Source of the DNA: Octopus sinensis
Taxonomy: Eukaryota
NCBI RefSeq assembly: GCF_006345805.1
Contig: NC_043016.1
Coordinates: 10,602,001 to 10,666,000, forward strand
Direction of reading: 5' to 3'
Length of the DNA stretch: 64,000 nt
In this document: piece by piece, positions 52,201 through 63,434 of the stretch
How positions within the stretch are numbered: the first letter of the stretch is position 1
Layout: every line of letters starts with the position of its first letter
Notes under the pieces: model-generated
The model's input: only the letters and a program-made list of their open reading frames with translations
The model's database searches: none
What the model was told of the DNA's origin: nothing
Program-made: the position numbers and the translations under genes

Positions 52201-52346
52201 GACCTACCTTTCAGTGTGCCAGCGTTGAGGGTGCCCACCCTGAGGGGGTGGAAGGAATTGACCCGAGAGGCCCAGGGACGGGGAGCAGTGCCGTCATGTA
52301 CCTGAAAAGAAGAAGAAAACTCGCATTTGGCAGAATTCATAAGCAA
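49216..52346 (-). CDS. RTE ORF: apurinic endonuclease + reverse transcriptase (frameshifted in this sequence)
   Basis: VGTLNAG..MQEIRW..GDFNG..SQIDY (APE); NYRGIKLL..QFGF..FVDLEKAFD..QGSVLSP..YADD..FRYLG (RT); frameshifts near 51811, 51635, 51020 and 49372; a stop codon is restored at 49216 after HDLRTLGL..TRQD. Confidence 0.9.
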
Positions 52347-52529
52347 AGCAATGAACTTAAGTTCAACCTGTTACACTGCACTAACATGTTTTTGCGCCGT
52401 ATGGTCACCACCATATATAGAAGGGGTGGTATTGGTTTAAGGCCTTTAGGTGTTCATGGAAGAAAAGCAAAGGAAGGCAAGGTGAGATAAGACTTCCGGT
52501 ACTGGTGGGGGGGGGGGGGGGGGGCGCAC

Positions 52530-52918
52530 TGCGCACTGGGAGAAGACGAGATTTAGGCGGCAGTAAGAAAGGCAAGATTTGAGATGGAAAGGTTTGCGGT
52601 CGTGTGCATAATTTTCTATGAGTGTAAGTTGGAAAAGATGGGTTAGAGAATTAAGCGACAGAAAGACCAGATTTGAGACGAGATGTTTTTTTTTGCGGTC
52701 GTGTGAATAAGTTTTTGTGAGCGAAAGTTTATATGCTTCAGCTAGCATTTGAGACGAAGGATAACGATAATATATGGGGGACACAATAATAAGGCTTGAT
52801 GGTGATAATAATACTTGCAAACAATGAAAGAGGGACAGGTCGTGAACTTAAATATGACTTAGCTGATATTATTCATCATCCTGCAGTTCGTAGTTCGTGT
52901 GTTATAGCCAGGAGGAAA
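52530..52918. repeat. 389-bp direct repeat A (second copy 59377-59765)
   Basis: TGCGCACTGGGAGAAGACGAG..GTTATAGCCAGGAGGAAA near-identical at both sites. Confidence 0.95.
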
Positions 52919-53175
52919 GCTATAAGTATTTCTTTATTGATTATATAATCACAACATAGAAGGACAAATACAGGACATACATGCAAAAAAACAGTTAAGA
53001 GATTCGTTTTAAAAATTTTCATTACATTTGAATTATTCGTTATAAAAATAAAAATAAATGTCTTTTACATGACCTAGTAGACAAACCACAGTACATAACT
53101 TATATCTTCACTGACCTCTACACCCCGGCAATTTATGAGGCCCTGCAGCTTCCACTTCCTCTCTCTCCTCCATGG

Positions 53176-56100
53176 TCAAGCTGGGTTTCTGACACCCACC
53201 TTTTTTTCCACTTCCTTCCATCTTTTCTCATACACACGCCGTGGTAAGATCCTCTTTTCCAGCCCCATTTTGCTCTTCAGATGATATCTGAAGTAAGTGA
53301 GCAAGCTGGGGCCGGAGACAAAGGATCCTATCGCGGCTCCTTCCATTCTCGTTCTCCACATGCATTCCTTTACTACTGCAACCGTGCAGTGAAAACATGC
53401 CTCACCTTCCTTCGAGAGTCCAGTTGGCGGTATCATCTTAATCATAGACTCAGCCGACAGCTGTACTCGTCCCAGATGCGATAACACGTGTTCTGCGTAA
53501 CTTATCAAGTCGGACAACTTCCGACAGTGAACAAAAGCGTGCTGGACGGTTTCATCGTCCAACTCGCACCTTGGACACGTCGGTGGCACTGAAACTCCGT
53601 GCCGTGATAACTTCTCGCGAACAGGTAAAGCATTCCTATAACACTGCCAGGCCAGGGATCTTTGGAAATTATCCAAATACCCCGACCTGAAAGTTTTTTT
53701 AAACAGGTTGGCAAGCTGGTCTTCATCAAACCCCAGAGCCCCTCCTAGGACGTCGTCGTTTTTTGCCTCTACCAGCCCTCTATAAAATACCGAGGTGGTA
53801 TTTCCGCAGCCGGCCTTGCCCGCCTTGTGGATCAGCGTGAGTGCCTGTCGGCACTCCTTTTGCCATGGAGTCAGTTTCCATCTTTTGATGTAACCGGGTT
53901 TAAAATTCACTAAGGAGGCCGGTCTCGGGAAAAATCCCCCTGCCAGCGGACTCCACACCTTATCACCTTCCAGGTGGTGCCAGAGATGCCTTAGCCTCAA
54001 CGCATGTCTGCGCATCATCAACCAAGGCATTCCTAACCCACCCTTTAACGGTTCCTGGCAGCAAACGGAGCGCCTCACAAGTGGCTTCCTCCTTTCCACA
54101 AAAAGCGGAAAAGGATTCGCTCCAACTTGTTAAGCCATGAATCGGGGCAAGGGACAACGGTCAGGCGGTAGGTGATTACAGATGCAATGAACATCTGCAC
54201 CACCTCCGCCTTCCTTTCAAGGACAGAAACCTTCCGGACCAGGTCCGTACTATGGCTTCCACCTTGCTTGTCACCTCACTCCAGTTCTTCTCCGTTTGGG
54301 AGTCTGGCCCAAACCAAACTCCCAGCAACTTAACAGGGCCATCCGTCCAGTGTCCCACGACACTGGACGATATCGACTTGCTCCTCCAGGTGCCGAGGCG
54401 CAAGCCAACCGATTTGTCCTTGTTAACCTTTGCTCCTGCCACCGCCTCGTATCCTCTGATAGCCTCCTCTACACAAGGTAGTTGGGCCTCTTTGGACACG
54501 ATGAGGGTGACGTCATCCGCATAAGCAGTAACCGTCCTCCCACCTCCGATTTCATCCGAGTTACTCCCCAGCCTCTCCAACTTTCGCAGCAATGGCTCAA
54601 GAGCCAATACGTACAAAAGTGGTGACAAGGGGCACCCCTGACGCACTGAACACTCGATCGAAAACGGTTCCGTTAGGTAACCGTTTATCTGGACGGTGGA
54701 CTTGATGCCGCTATACATAGCGGAGATCCACCCGCGAAATTCAGGCCCAGCCCAGCCGCTTCGAGGACCGTCGCCAGGTACCCATGGTCTACCCTATCGA
54801 AGGCTTTACTTTGGTCTAAATGGACCATTACCCCTTTGCCGGCTAATTTACCCACCCTATCTAAGGTGTAGCGTATAAGGTGAAGGTTGTCCTGGATCGA
54901 CCTGCCTGGAATTGCACATGTCTGTGCTCTCCCTACAAGTTTCTCCACGACAACCGTCAACCTTTTTGCCAACACCTTGGCCAAAATCTTTAACTCTACA
55001 TTAAGTAGAGTTATGGGCCTGTAGTTACTGATGTTATCCCCCTTGCTCGGGTCTTTCTGGATTAGCGTCACCACTCCCCGGCTTACAGAACTGGGAATTC
55101 TCCCATTCTGCTGCCAGTTCGTGTAGACGCCCGCCAGTATTCCCCCGAAGAAGTCCGGCATACTTTGGTAAAACTCGTAGGGCAGACCATCCAACCCCGG
55201 CGCATCCGGCCAGTATCTCCTTTATCTCCGCGGGAGTGATCGCTCCTTCACAGCACTCCACCTCACGCCCCGCGAGCCGCGGTCCGCCGGCTAGGAAGTC
55301 CTTTAAGGCTCTCCCCCGATCCAGCGAACCACCACCCCCGAACACGCGGGCGAAATGCTGGTGAAGAAACTTTTGCATCTCCTCCTGTCCATAGATCTTT
55401 TGTCCCTGTTCGTCAGTCAAAGATTTGATTGAGGCTCTGTTGCCTCTCTGACTCTCCACACGACGGGCCCATCCGGCCACGTTAATACCTTCTCGTTTCC
55501 CAGCGCGTAGCTTAGCTCTGACTCTGCAACCTTCGTGTTTGGAGTTAAGGTGACGGTACAATACCGTCCTTGCCGCCATCACTCCGGATGCAGAGCCAGC
55601 TTCCATTGCCTCGTCTAGATTCTTAACTAAATCGCCCTCTAGACTAGCCCTATCTATCCTTAGCTGATTGCTAAATCTAACGGACTCTGAACGAATGGCT
55701 CTTTTGAGGGCGTGCCACCATCTATTGTTAATGATGGTGCCACACAATGCCCTCTGAACTAACACCTTAATCCGGGTACGGAAGTCTTCACAATTCAAAA
55801 TAGCCTTGTTCAGCTTCCAGTACCCGGGTCCCTGTCTATGACACTTGTCTAATTGCATCCTACACGTCACAAATTTGTGATCCGAGTAAGGTACAATATG
55901 AAATTGTGGACAACTAAACGTATCCTTATCTCTTTTCTTAATAAATATCCTATCTAGATACGATCTGTGTGAGCCGTCGTTGTTACTCCACGTCCACTGT
56001 GGAACGCTCGGCTCATCCAGTCGGTAACGGTCCACTAGATCAAAGCTCTCTAGTAGACCCTTGAGGCTAGGGTTCCCCTTCCTATTGGTTGAGCCAACAT

Positions 56101-56545
56101 TGTCGATCCGCGCTTCAAGGACAGTGTTAAAGTCCCCTACTAGGATTACTGTTTTCGACGTCGCTAAAAAGGGCTCCAGGTTCCGAAAAAAACCCGTCTG
56201 TTTACCCTCGTTCGGGGCGTAGACAGCTACCAACCTGAAGGACTGTTTACTTACGTGAGTCACATCCAGGACAACCAGCCTGCCTTCTGGGTCCAGAAAG
56301 ACAGTACTTACCTGCAAGTCCAAGCTCTTCCTGATAAGACTGCCACGCCTCTGCCTCTTCCTCGGCTAGGAGAAATAAATTTTCTCGAAACCATTTAGAA
56401 GAGGCGAGAACGCTTGGGTCTCGCTCATCTTGGACTCGGTTGCAATAGCTATATCTATACCATGTGTCGTGAGGTCGTTCAGGAAACAAATTTGTTTACG
56501 TTTCGACCCCATTCCACGTACATTTATACAACCCAGCTTAGCCAT
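53176..56545 (-). CDS. Tx1/L1 ORF2: APE endonuclease + RT + C-terminal zinc finger (several frameshifts, one apparent stop)
   Basis: MAKLGCINVRG..ATES..VYAPN..GDFN..SYLDR (APE); PGLDGLP..NYRPITLLN..DQSKAFDRV..QGCPLSP..YADD..LLG (RT); CPRC..ETVQHAFVHC. Confidence 0.9.
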
Positions 56546-57709
56546 TGTAGGTGAGAGAGAAAAATAATGTACTCACGGTTGGGAAAGGGAGCATGACAGT
56601 TTGAATCTGCCTGCTTCCCCTTCTTCCGCTGCTGCAGGGCTCTTGACCGGCGTTGCCACTGGGCTCTGGGTGGGTGTGGTTGCCGGGGTTATTATCAGTT
56701 TGCCCTCCATTACCTCTTTGGTCACGTCTCTTATTAGACGGTTCCTCAGATGTTCCTGAAGAACCTCCTCCTTCCACTCGTCCTCCCCTACCTTCGCGAA
56801 GCGAGCGGTTGTCTTTCACATCTGTGGCTCTACTATACAATACAAATCTTGAAAATTACAACACTTATACACTCTTTCGTTTTTCTCGTCGAAAGCTATG
56901 ATCCTCTCGTTCTTCTGTAAACACTTTTTTATGTCTTGTTTTATGGGGAGGCTTGGCAAACTGTTTTCCAATGAAAACAGTGCCATGGGGGTAGGGTGGG
57001 GGATTTGCTTGGTGTGTGTGTCTGCTGTGTTTGCTGTTTTTTTCTTTGTTTGGGGAGGGGAGTCCTGGGTATTGTCTTTTTTTCTTTTATGATTGACTTG
57101 TGTGTAGTCCATTGGTTCTGTATGGTCCGTTTTTGTTTCCGTACTTGTCTTCGTCTTTTTGTTGTCTTTTCCTGTTTCCTCCCCTTCAGTGTTAGGGACA
57201 CTTTGAGGAGGCGCTTCTTCTGTTTTCTTCTTTTTTATACAATTTGATCGGACGTGACCCTTCTCTCCACACTTGAAGCATCTGGGTCTACGTCCCTCTA
57301 CCGAAACTCTCATGGATGTACCGTCCTCATTGAAGATTCTATCGGGCAGGTTTTCTAGGATTTTGTTCTCCGCCTGCACGAGGAGCTCCAGGGTCACCAC
57401 CTCTTTCCTTCTCATCTGCAGTATCGATATCTCTCGTTCAATGTTGTGCAGGACCGCCGCTGCTACCCACATGATGTCGTACCCTCTGGGTATGTCTTCT
57501 ACCAGTAACTTCGCTGTACGCTTCCCCATGTACGAGGGTAGCAGCATGATGTCGTCGTTTTTTAGGGTCAACGACGACACCTCTCTCGCTACCTCGGCTG
57601 TGTCGAAATGTGCCTCGACTGTAGCACTGCGTGCACCTCTAACGATATGACGAATTTTGTCCCACACCGGGGACAGGCACTTTTCTACCATTTCATTCTT
57701 TACATCCAT
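56538..57709 (-). CDS. Tx1/L1 ORF1, gag-like with CCHC zinc knuckle (probable frameshift near 56840)
   Basis: VEGRRPRCFKCGEKGHVRSNC; the 56538-56840 frame ends ACA-ATGGC-TAA, overlapping the ORF2 ATG. Confidence 0.85.
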
Positions 57710-58175
57710 TATCTTCTTCTCTTTGAAACTGTATACCTTGTAATAACTATTCTCTCTTTAATCTCTTGTACTTTTGCCTGCGGCGGTACAAGCCTTATCT
57801 CGCCTCCTTCCACTTTTACCAGGTTCCTGAATTCGTACAATTGTTCGATTTTAAACACTCGACATCCATCATGCCGCCCCACCGCGGCCGAAATGACTGT
57901 TTGGGTACTTCCTTTTCCATATTTTCACTTTTTCCATCACGGGAAAATCCTTCTTCGACGTCAAGTCGAAATCCATCACCTCAAAGGTAATAAAAATGCA
58001 GGTAATACAAAATTTTCTGCCCCGTAGGGCGAAAATTACCGTTTTACAACGGGCACTGTTCAAAACAGTTAGCACAAACAATGGTAGCACAAATCCGAAC
58101 TCTCTTAAATGAAGGCAGCTTATTCCTCAGCACGCAGATGAAAAGTAACTCAAGAAGAGGAAAGCAATAATAAGG

Positions 58176-59043
58176 TATTTCTTTATTATGATTATATAAT
58201 CACACATAGAAGGACAAATACAGGACATACATGCAAAAAAACAGTTAAGAGATTCGTTTTAAAAATTTTCGTTTACATTTGAATTATTCGTTTATAAAAA
58301 TAAAAATAAATGTCTTTTACATGACCTAGTAGGACAAACCACAGTACATAACTTATGATCTTCACTGGAGCCTCTACACCCCGGCAATTTATGAGGCCCT
58401 GCAGCTTCCACTTCCTCTCTCTCCTCCATGGTCAAGCTGGGTTTCTGACACCCACCTTTTTTTCCACTTCCTTCCATCTTTTCTCATACACACGCCGTGG
58501 TAAGATCCTCTTTTCCAGCCCCATTTTGCTCTTCAGATGATATCTGAAGTAAGTGAGCAAGCTGGGGCCGGAGACAAAGGATCCTATCGCGGCTCCTTCC
58601 ATTCTCGTTCTCCACATGCATTCCTTTACTACTGCAACCGTGCAGTGAAAACATGCCTCACCTTCCTTCGAGAGTCCAGTTGGCGGTATCATCTTAATCA
58701 TAGACTCAGCCGACAGCTGTACTCGTCCCAGATGCGATAACACGTGTTCTGCGTAACTTATCAAGTCGGACAACTTCCGACAGTGAACAAAAGCGTGCTG
58801 GACGGTTTCATCGTCCAACTCGCACCTTGGACACGTCGGTGGCACTGAAACTCCGTGCCGTGATAACTTCTCGCGAACAGGTAAAGCATTCCTATAACAC
58901 TGCCAGGCCAGGGATCTTTGGAATTATCCAAATACCCCGACCTGAAAGTTTTTTTAAACAGGTTGGCAAGCTGGTCTTCATCAAACCCCAGAGCCCCTCC
59001 TAGGACGTCGTCGTTTTTTGCCTCTACCAGCCCTCTATAAAAT
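58176..59043 (-). mobile_element. 5'-truncated copy of the same Tx1 element (868 bp) with an exact 17-bp TSD
   Basis: Near-identical to 52927-53788; GGAAAGCAATAATAAGG at 58159-58175 and 59044-59060. Confidence 0.95.
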
Positions 59044-59073
59044 GGAAAGCAATAATAAGGGCGGTCAAGCCTC

Positions 59074-59286
59074 GTGCGTAGGGTTTTATAGGGGAGGGGG
59101 AGCGGAGGTGTGGGTAGAAGCCTGTGGCAGCGAGTGAAAGTGAAATATATATATATAGAGAGAGAGAGAGACAGCGATGTGCGTAGGGTTTTTTATAGGG
59201 GAGGGGGAGCGGAGGTGTGGTAGAAGCCTGTGGCAGCGAGTGAAAGTGAAATATATATATATATAGAGAGAGAGAGAGACAGCGAT
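59074..59286. repeat. ~105-bp tandem duplication with (TA)n(GA)n
   Basis: GTGCGTAGGGTTTT..GAGACAGCGAT at 59074 and 59179. Confidence 0.9.
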
Positions 59287-61037
59287 AACAGAGGGAGAAA
59301 ACGACACCGCAGAGAAAGAGAGAGAGAGAGAGGGAGGGAGAGAGACATGGTGATAACAGAGGGGCAAAAACGACATTGCGCACTGGGAGAAGACGAGATT
59401 TAGGCGGCAGTAAGAAAGGCAAGATTTGAGATGGAAAGGTTTGCGGTCGTGTGCATAATTTTCTATGAGTGTAAGTTGGGAAAGATGGGTTAGAGAATTA
59501 AGCGACAGAAAGACCAGATTTGAGACGTGATGTTTTTTTGCGGTCGTGTGAATAAGTTTTTGTGAGCGAAAGTTTATATGCTTCAGCTAGCATTTGAGAC
59601 GAAGGATAACGATAATATATGGGGGACACAATAATAAGGCTTGATGGTGATAATAATACTTGCAAAAACAATGAAAGAGGGACAGGTCGTGAACTTAAAT
59701 ATGACTTAGCTGATATTATTCATCATCCTGCAGTTCGTAGTTCGTGTGTTATAGCCAGGAGGAAAATATATATATATATATATATAGATATATATATGTA
59801 TATGGATAGATATATATAGATATGTATGTATATATATAGGTACATAGATATGTATATATATGTAGCCGAAATTGCGAGGATGATCCGGTTTTTGACTGAA
59901 GATAAAAGGTTTCGAATGACCCGTCCGTGTTTTTTTTTTATTGTCTATCTGGATGTTTTGTTGCCCCTTTTGTATCACCTAGTTGTCCAGATGATTTGCG
60001 TTCATGTCCCATTTTGTATTTTATTTTATATATATATATATAGCGGTGTACGTACACTTTGTTCTCTTATATGTAAGTACACATTTCACTAAATTTTGTA
60101 CGACTTCTTCAACACTCTTTTTCCCCCTCTCTCTTACATTTTCTTTGCCTTTCTTACTTTGCACTTCACTATGTCCCTGTCTCTCGTTTTTCTCGCCACT
60201 CCTTGATTCTTCAGTCTATCTACTGCTATACACTCTCCCTTGCTCTCTCTCTCTCTCTCTTCTCTCCCTTCTTAATTCCTTTGTTCCTCTTTTTCTCTCT
60301 CTTCTCTTCTCACGTGACCGCTGGCCGACTGCTAGCCCTTTTTGCGTTTGACTACGGTCACTGCCACATCGATATTCTTCCCTCTGCCTTAAGGCTTAAT
60401 TCCCAACACACCAGCTGAATTCAATTCGTTCCCAGTCGAAAGACGCCTGTTGTTATGTCCTGTTATTATTATTTATTTTTTTTGTATTATTTTTTGTATT
60501 TATATTCGTATAACATCGTCCGTTTTCTGTCCTTGTTTCGTATATATTCGATGCTTTTTTCCAAGAAATCTAATGCTCTTAGCTTAGTTTTTCCTTGGGG
60601 TTGGCCAGATTGGAGCAATCTCAAGATTAATCAGCCGAAATTGCGAGGATGATCCGGTTCTTGACTGAAGATAAAAGGCTTCGAATGACCTGTCCGTGTT
60701 TTATTTGTATCGTCTATCTGGAGGTTTTGTTGCCCCTTTTGTATCACCTAGTTGTCCGGATGTTTTGCGTTCTTGTCCCATTTTGTATTTTATTTTATAT
60801 GTATATATATAGATATGTATTTTTATGTATATATCTATACTTATAGATATGTAATTATAAGTATATATATATATATATATACACACATATATGTATATAT
60901 ATGTTAGTTAGTTAGTTAGTTAGTTAATTTGGCTCAAAAGCAAATAGCAAGGCCATGTAATGTATGTATGTATACATATATATATGTATGTATGTATACA
61001 TACATATATGTATATGCATGTATACATATATGTATAT

Positions 61038-61428
61038 ATACATATGTATACATATATACTCTTTTACTTGTTTCAGTCATTTGACTGTGGCCTTGCTGGA
61101 GCACCGTCTTTAGTCGAACAAATCAACCCCAGGACTTATTCTTTGTAAGCCTAGTACTTATTCTATCAGTCTCTTTTGACGAACTGCTAAGTTACAGGGA
61201 CATAAACACACCGGCACTGGTTGCCAAGCGATGCTGGGTGGGGAGACAAACACAGACACACAAACATATGTACAACTGGCTTCTTTCAGTTCCCATCTAC
61301 CAAACCCACTCAAAAGGCTTTGGTCGGCCCGAGGCTATAGAAGACATTTGCCCAAGGTGCCATACATTGGGAATGAACCTGGAACCATGTGGCTTGTAAG
61401 CAAGCTACTTACCACACACCCACTCCTA
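61038..61428 (-). mobile_element. SINE family A
   Basis: Full-length match. Confidence 0.85.
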
Positions 61429-61488
61429 ATTGAAACCATGGTTTTGCATTTGTTGAGTGCACCATAACCACTAGGCCATACGCCCTCA

Positions 61489-61527
<39 letters not shown>

Positions 61528-61534
61528 GCGCTTA

Positions 61535-62620
61535 GTTGTTGGGGTGGAAGGGTATGGATGGAGCTTATAACTAAGAAGTTGCTGAGGGACATATCCTTTT
61601 TGAAGATGAGGAGAGGTGATTCAGGGCAGATTGTTAGGGGTGGGGCTCAGAAAGGATTTGGAAGTTGCTGATGATCATTTTGTTTCAGGGAGAACATGGA
61701 GGGGTCGGAGATGAGGCACAATGAAATCCTATCTGTAGTTGTGTGTAAAGTGGGTAGGAGAGTGATGGAACAGTTGATGATCTGGGCCTGACTTATTCAG
61801 GGTCCACAACCAATCACAGGCATCCTCAGCTGAGGAAGAAACATTGCTCATGATTTGGTGTGCTTGGAGTGGGAAGAGTTGTAGCATTTTTAAGTAAGGG
61901 TCAGTAAGCTTGTAGTGAACAGAAAGATATATTTTTCTTTATTGCCTACAGGGGCCTAAACATAGAGAGGACAGACAAAGGGATTAAGTCGATTACATCG
62001 ACCCCAGTATGTAACTGGTACTTATTTAATTGACTCCAAAAGGATGAAGGGCAAAGTCAACTTCGGCAGAATTTGGACTCAGAACATAACGGCAGATGGA
62101 ATACCGCTAAGCATTTCGTCCAGTGTCCTAACGGTTCTGCCAGCTTGCCGCCTTCAGAAAGATATTGTTGATAGTAAAGGATACGGTAAGAAAACTGATG
62201 GAGGTGTTGGATAAGGTGGAAGTGATGCTATCAAGCTGTTACCTGCTGAAGGCAGTAGCATCATATGGCAGCTCTGAACTGGGTCTCGTGAATAGGGAAA
62301 AAAAAAAAAAATTTGCTCCTCAGTGTTGCCTACAAAGTTAGCATAATTGAGGTCCATCTTGGTTCCCATAGTGACCCTGTCGTCTTGTTTGTAAAAATGT
62401 TTCTAGATAAGGAAAAGCAATTCCAGATTTAGAACAAGTTCAGCTATGCAAAGGAGTAGTGTGATGGTGCTGCTAAGTAAAGGGAGCAGGGTGGGGGGTC
62501 GTGGTCTAGGAAGTGTTTTAGGGCTGATAGGCAGACATTGTGGCGGGGGAGTGATGGTGTGGAGTGGTTTTATGTCCTGGTAAAAAGGCACTTAGCTGAA
62601 GTATGGAACACTCCTCTGTT
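61535..62620 (-). pseudogene. Penelope-like element RT remnant (interrupted by SINE B)
   Basis: LLCIAELVLNL..FYKQ..VTMGTKMDLNYANFVG..EEQIF resembles the PLE Q..GVAMG..GP.YANL motif; PLLIFKKDMSLSNFLV resembles the post-RT linker. Confidence 0.6.
61931..62154 (-). mobile_element. SINE family B with 11-bp TSD
   Basis: CAGAAAGATAT at 61920-61930 and 62155-62165. Confidence 0.85.
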
Positions 62621-62907
62621 TAGCTATACACACACACAACAGGGGCTCCACCATCACCAGTTTCAGCTGCTTTTATCAACTCCAATGCACTCCCTGATAC
62701 TTACTTTATCAGTCCGACAAGGGTCAAATTATGTATCATGGTCGAAAATTTGGAAGAATCTCATGTCATACTGTTTTTTTTCTTTTTTCCTTTTTTTTTC
62801 TTTAGATGCTTTGAATTTTGTTCATCACATGTCAATATGTACTTATCACACACATACACACACACATACACACACACATACACACACACACAATGTAAAA
62901 GTTGATG

Positions 62908-62992
62908 GTGACTTCAAAGTTTTGGCTTACTTTGCCTTCTTCAGACAGTCTGATGAAAGTGTGTGGTGTGCCAAAACTTAGAAGTCACTGTT
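62908..62992. ncRNA. Back-to-back inverted pair of degenerate hammerhead motifs
   Basis: Plus: GACAGT-CTGATGA..CC-AAA-ACTT(AG)AAGT-C-ACTGTT; minus: CTGAAGA-A-GGC(AAAGTAA)GCC-AAA-ACTT(TG)AAGT-C. Confidence 0.65.
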
Positions 62993-63109
62993 GGTCTTTC
63001 CTTTGTAGCAGTTAATAAATATACATTTTACCGAAAAGCATTGAGTCATTGTTCAGTTTAATGTAAAAAATTGTTTTTAAGACATGAAGAACTAACATAT
63101 ACATATGCA

Positions 63110-63287
63110 CCTGTGCAGGTGCTACACGATAAAAGCACCCAGTATACTTTGTAAAATGGTAGGTTTTAGGGTTTCCAACTGTACAAACAGTTGGAGCTTG
63201 CTGCGGCTCTCGGGCTGGCCAAACTCATATCAAACCATCCAACACCCACCAGCATGGAAAACAAACATTAAATGATGATGATGATGT
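63110..63287 (+). mobile_element. RTE LINE 3' tail
   Basis: AAAAGCACCCAGTA..CCATCCAACA..GCATGGAAAAC..(GAT)n. Confidence 0.7.
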
Positions 63288-63339
63288 TGTACACACACAC
63301 AAACACACACACACAAACACACACACACAAACACACACG

Positions 63340-63432
<93 letters not shown>
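63288..63432. repeat. (CA)n microsatellite
   Basis: Directly visible. Confidence 0.95.

Positions 63433-63434
<2 letters not shown>

Larger units (their letters stand above)
46570..52500 (-). mobile_element. Near full-length RTE-clade LINE
   Basis: Single APE-RT reading frame, (GAT)n-type 3' tail at ~46570, expanded 3' UTR; 5' boundary and TSD not resolved. Confidence 0.9.
52927..58158 (-). mobile_element. Full-length L1/Tx1-clade LINE
   Basis: 5' UTR, CCHC ORF1, APE-RT-zinc finger ORF2, 3' end AATAAAGAAATA; flanked by target motif copies at 52914-52926 (degenerate) and 58159-58175. Confidence 0.9.

Noticed and set aside
49804-52490. Plus-strand ORFs over the RTE and Tx1 elements (e.g. 50224-50613, 51954-52490, 57273-57650)
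   Set aside because: Antisense shadows of the real minus-strand ORFs.
52530-59765. 389-bp direct repeats read as LTRs of an LTR retrotransposon
   Set aside because: No TG..CA termini, primer-binding site, protease or integrase. The enclosed elements are non-LTR (APE-RT) with their own 17-bp TSDs.
60630-60690. CCGAAA..CTGAAGA motif in the GCCGAAATTGCGAGG repeat (also 38213 and 59863)
   Set aside because: Core fragments are present, but I could not build a consistent three-stem fold.
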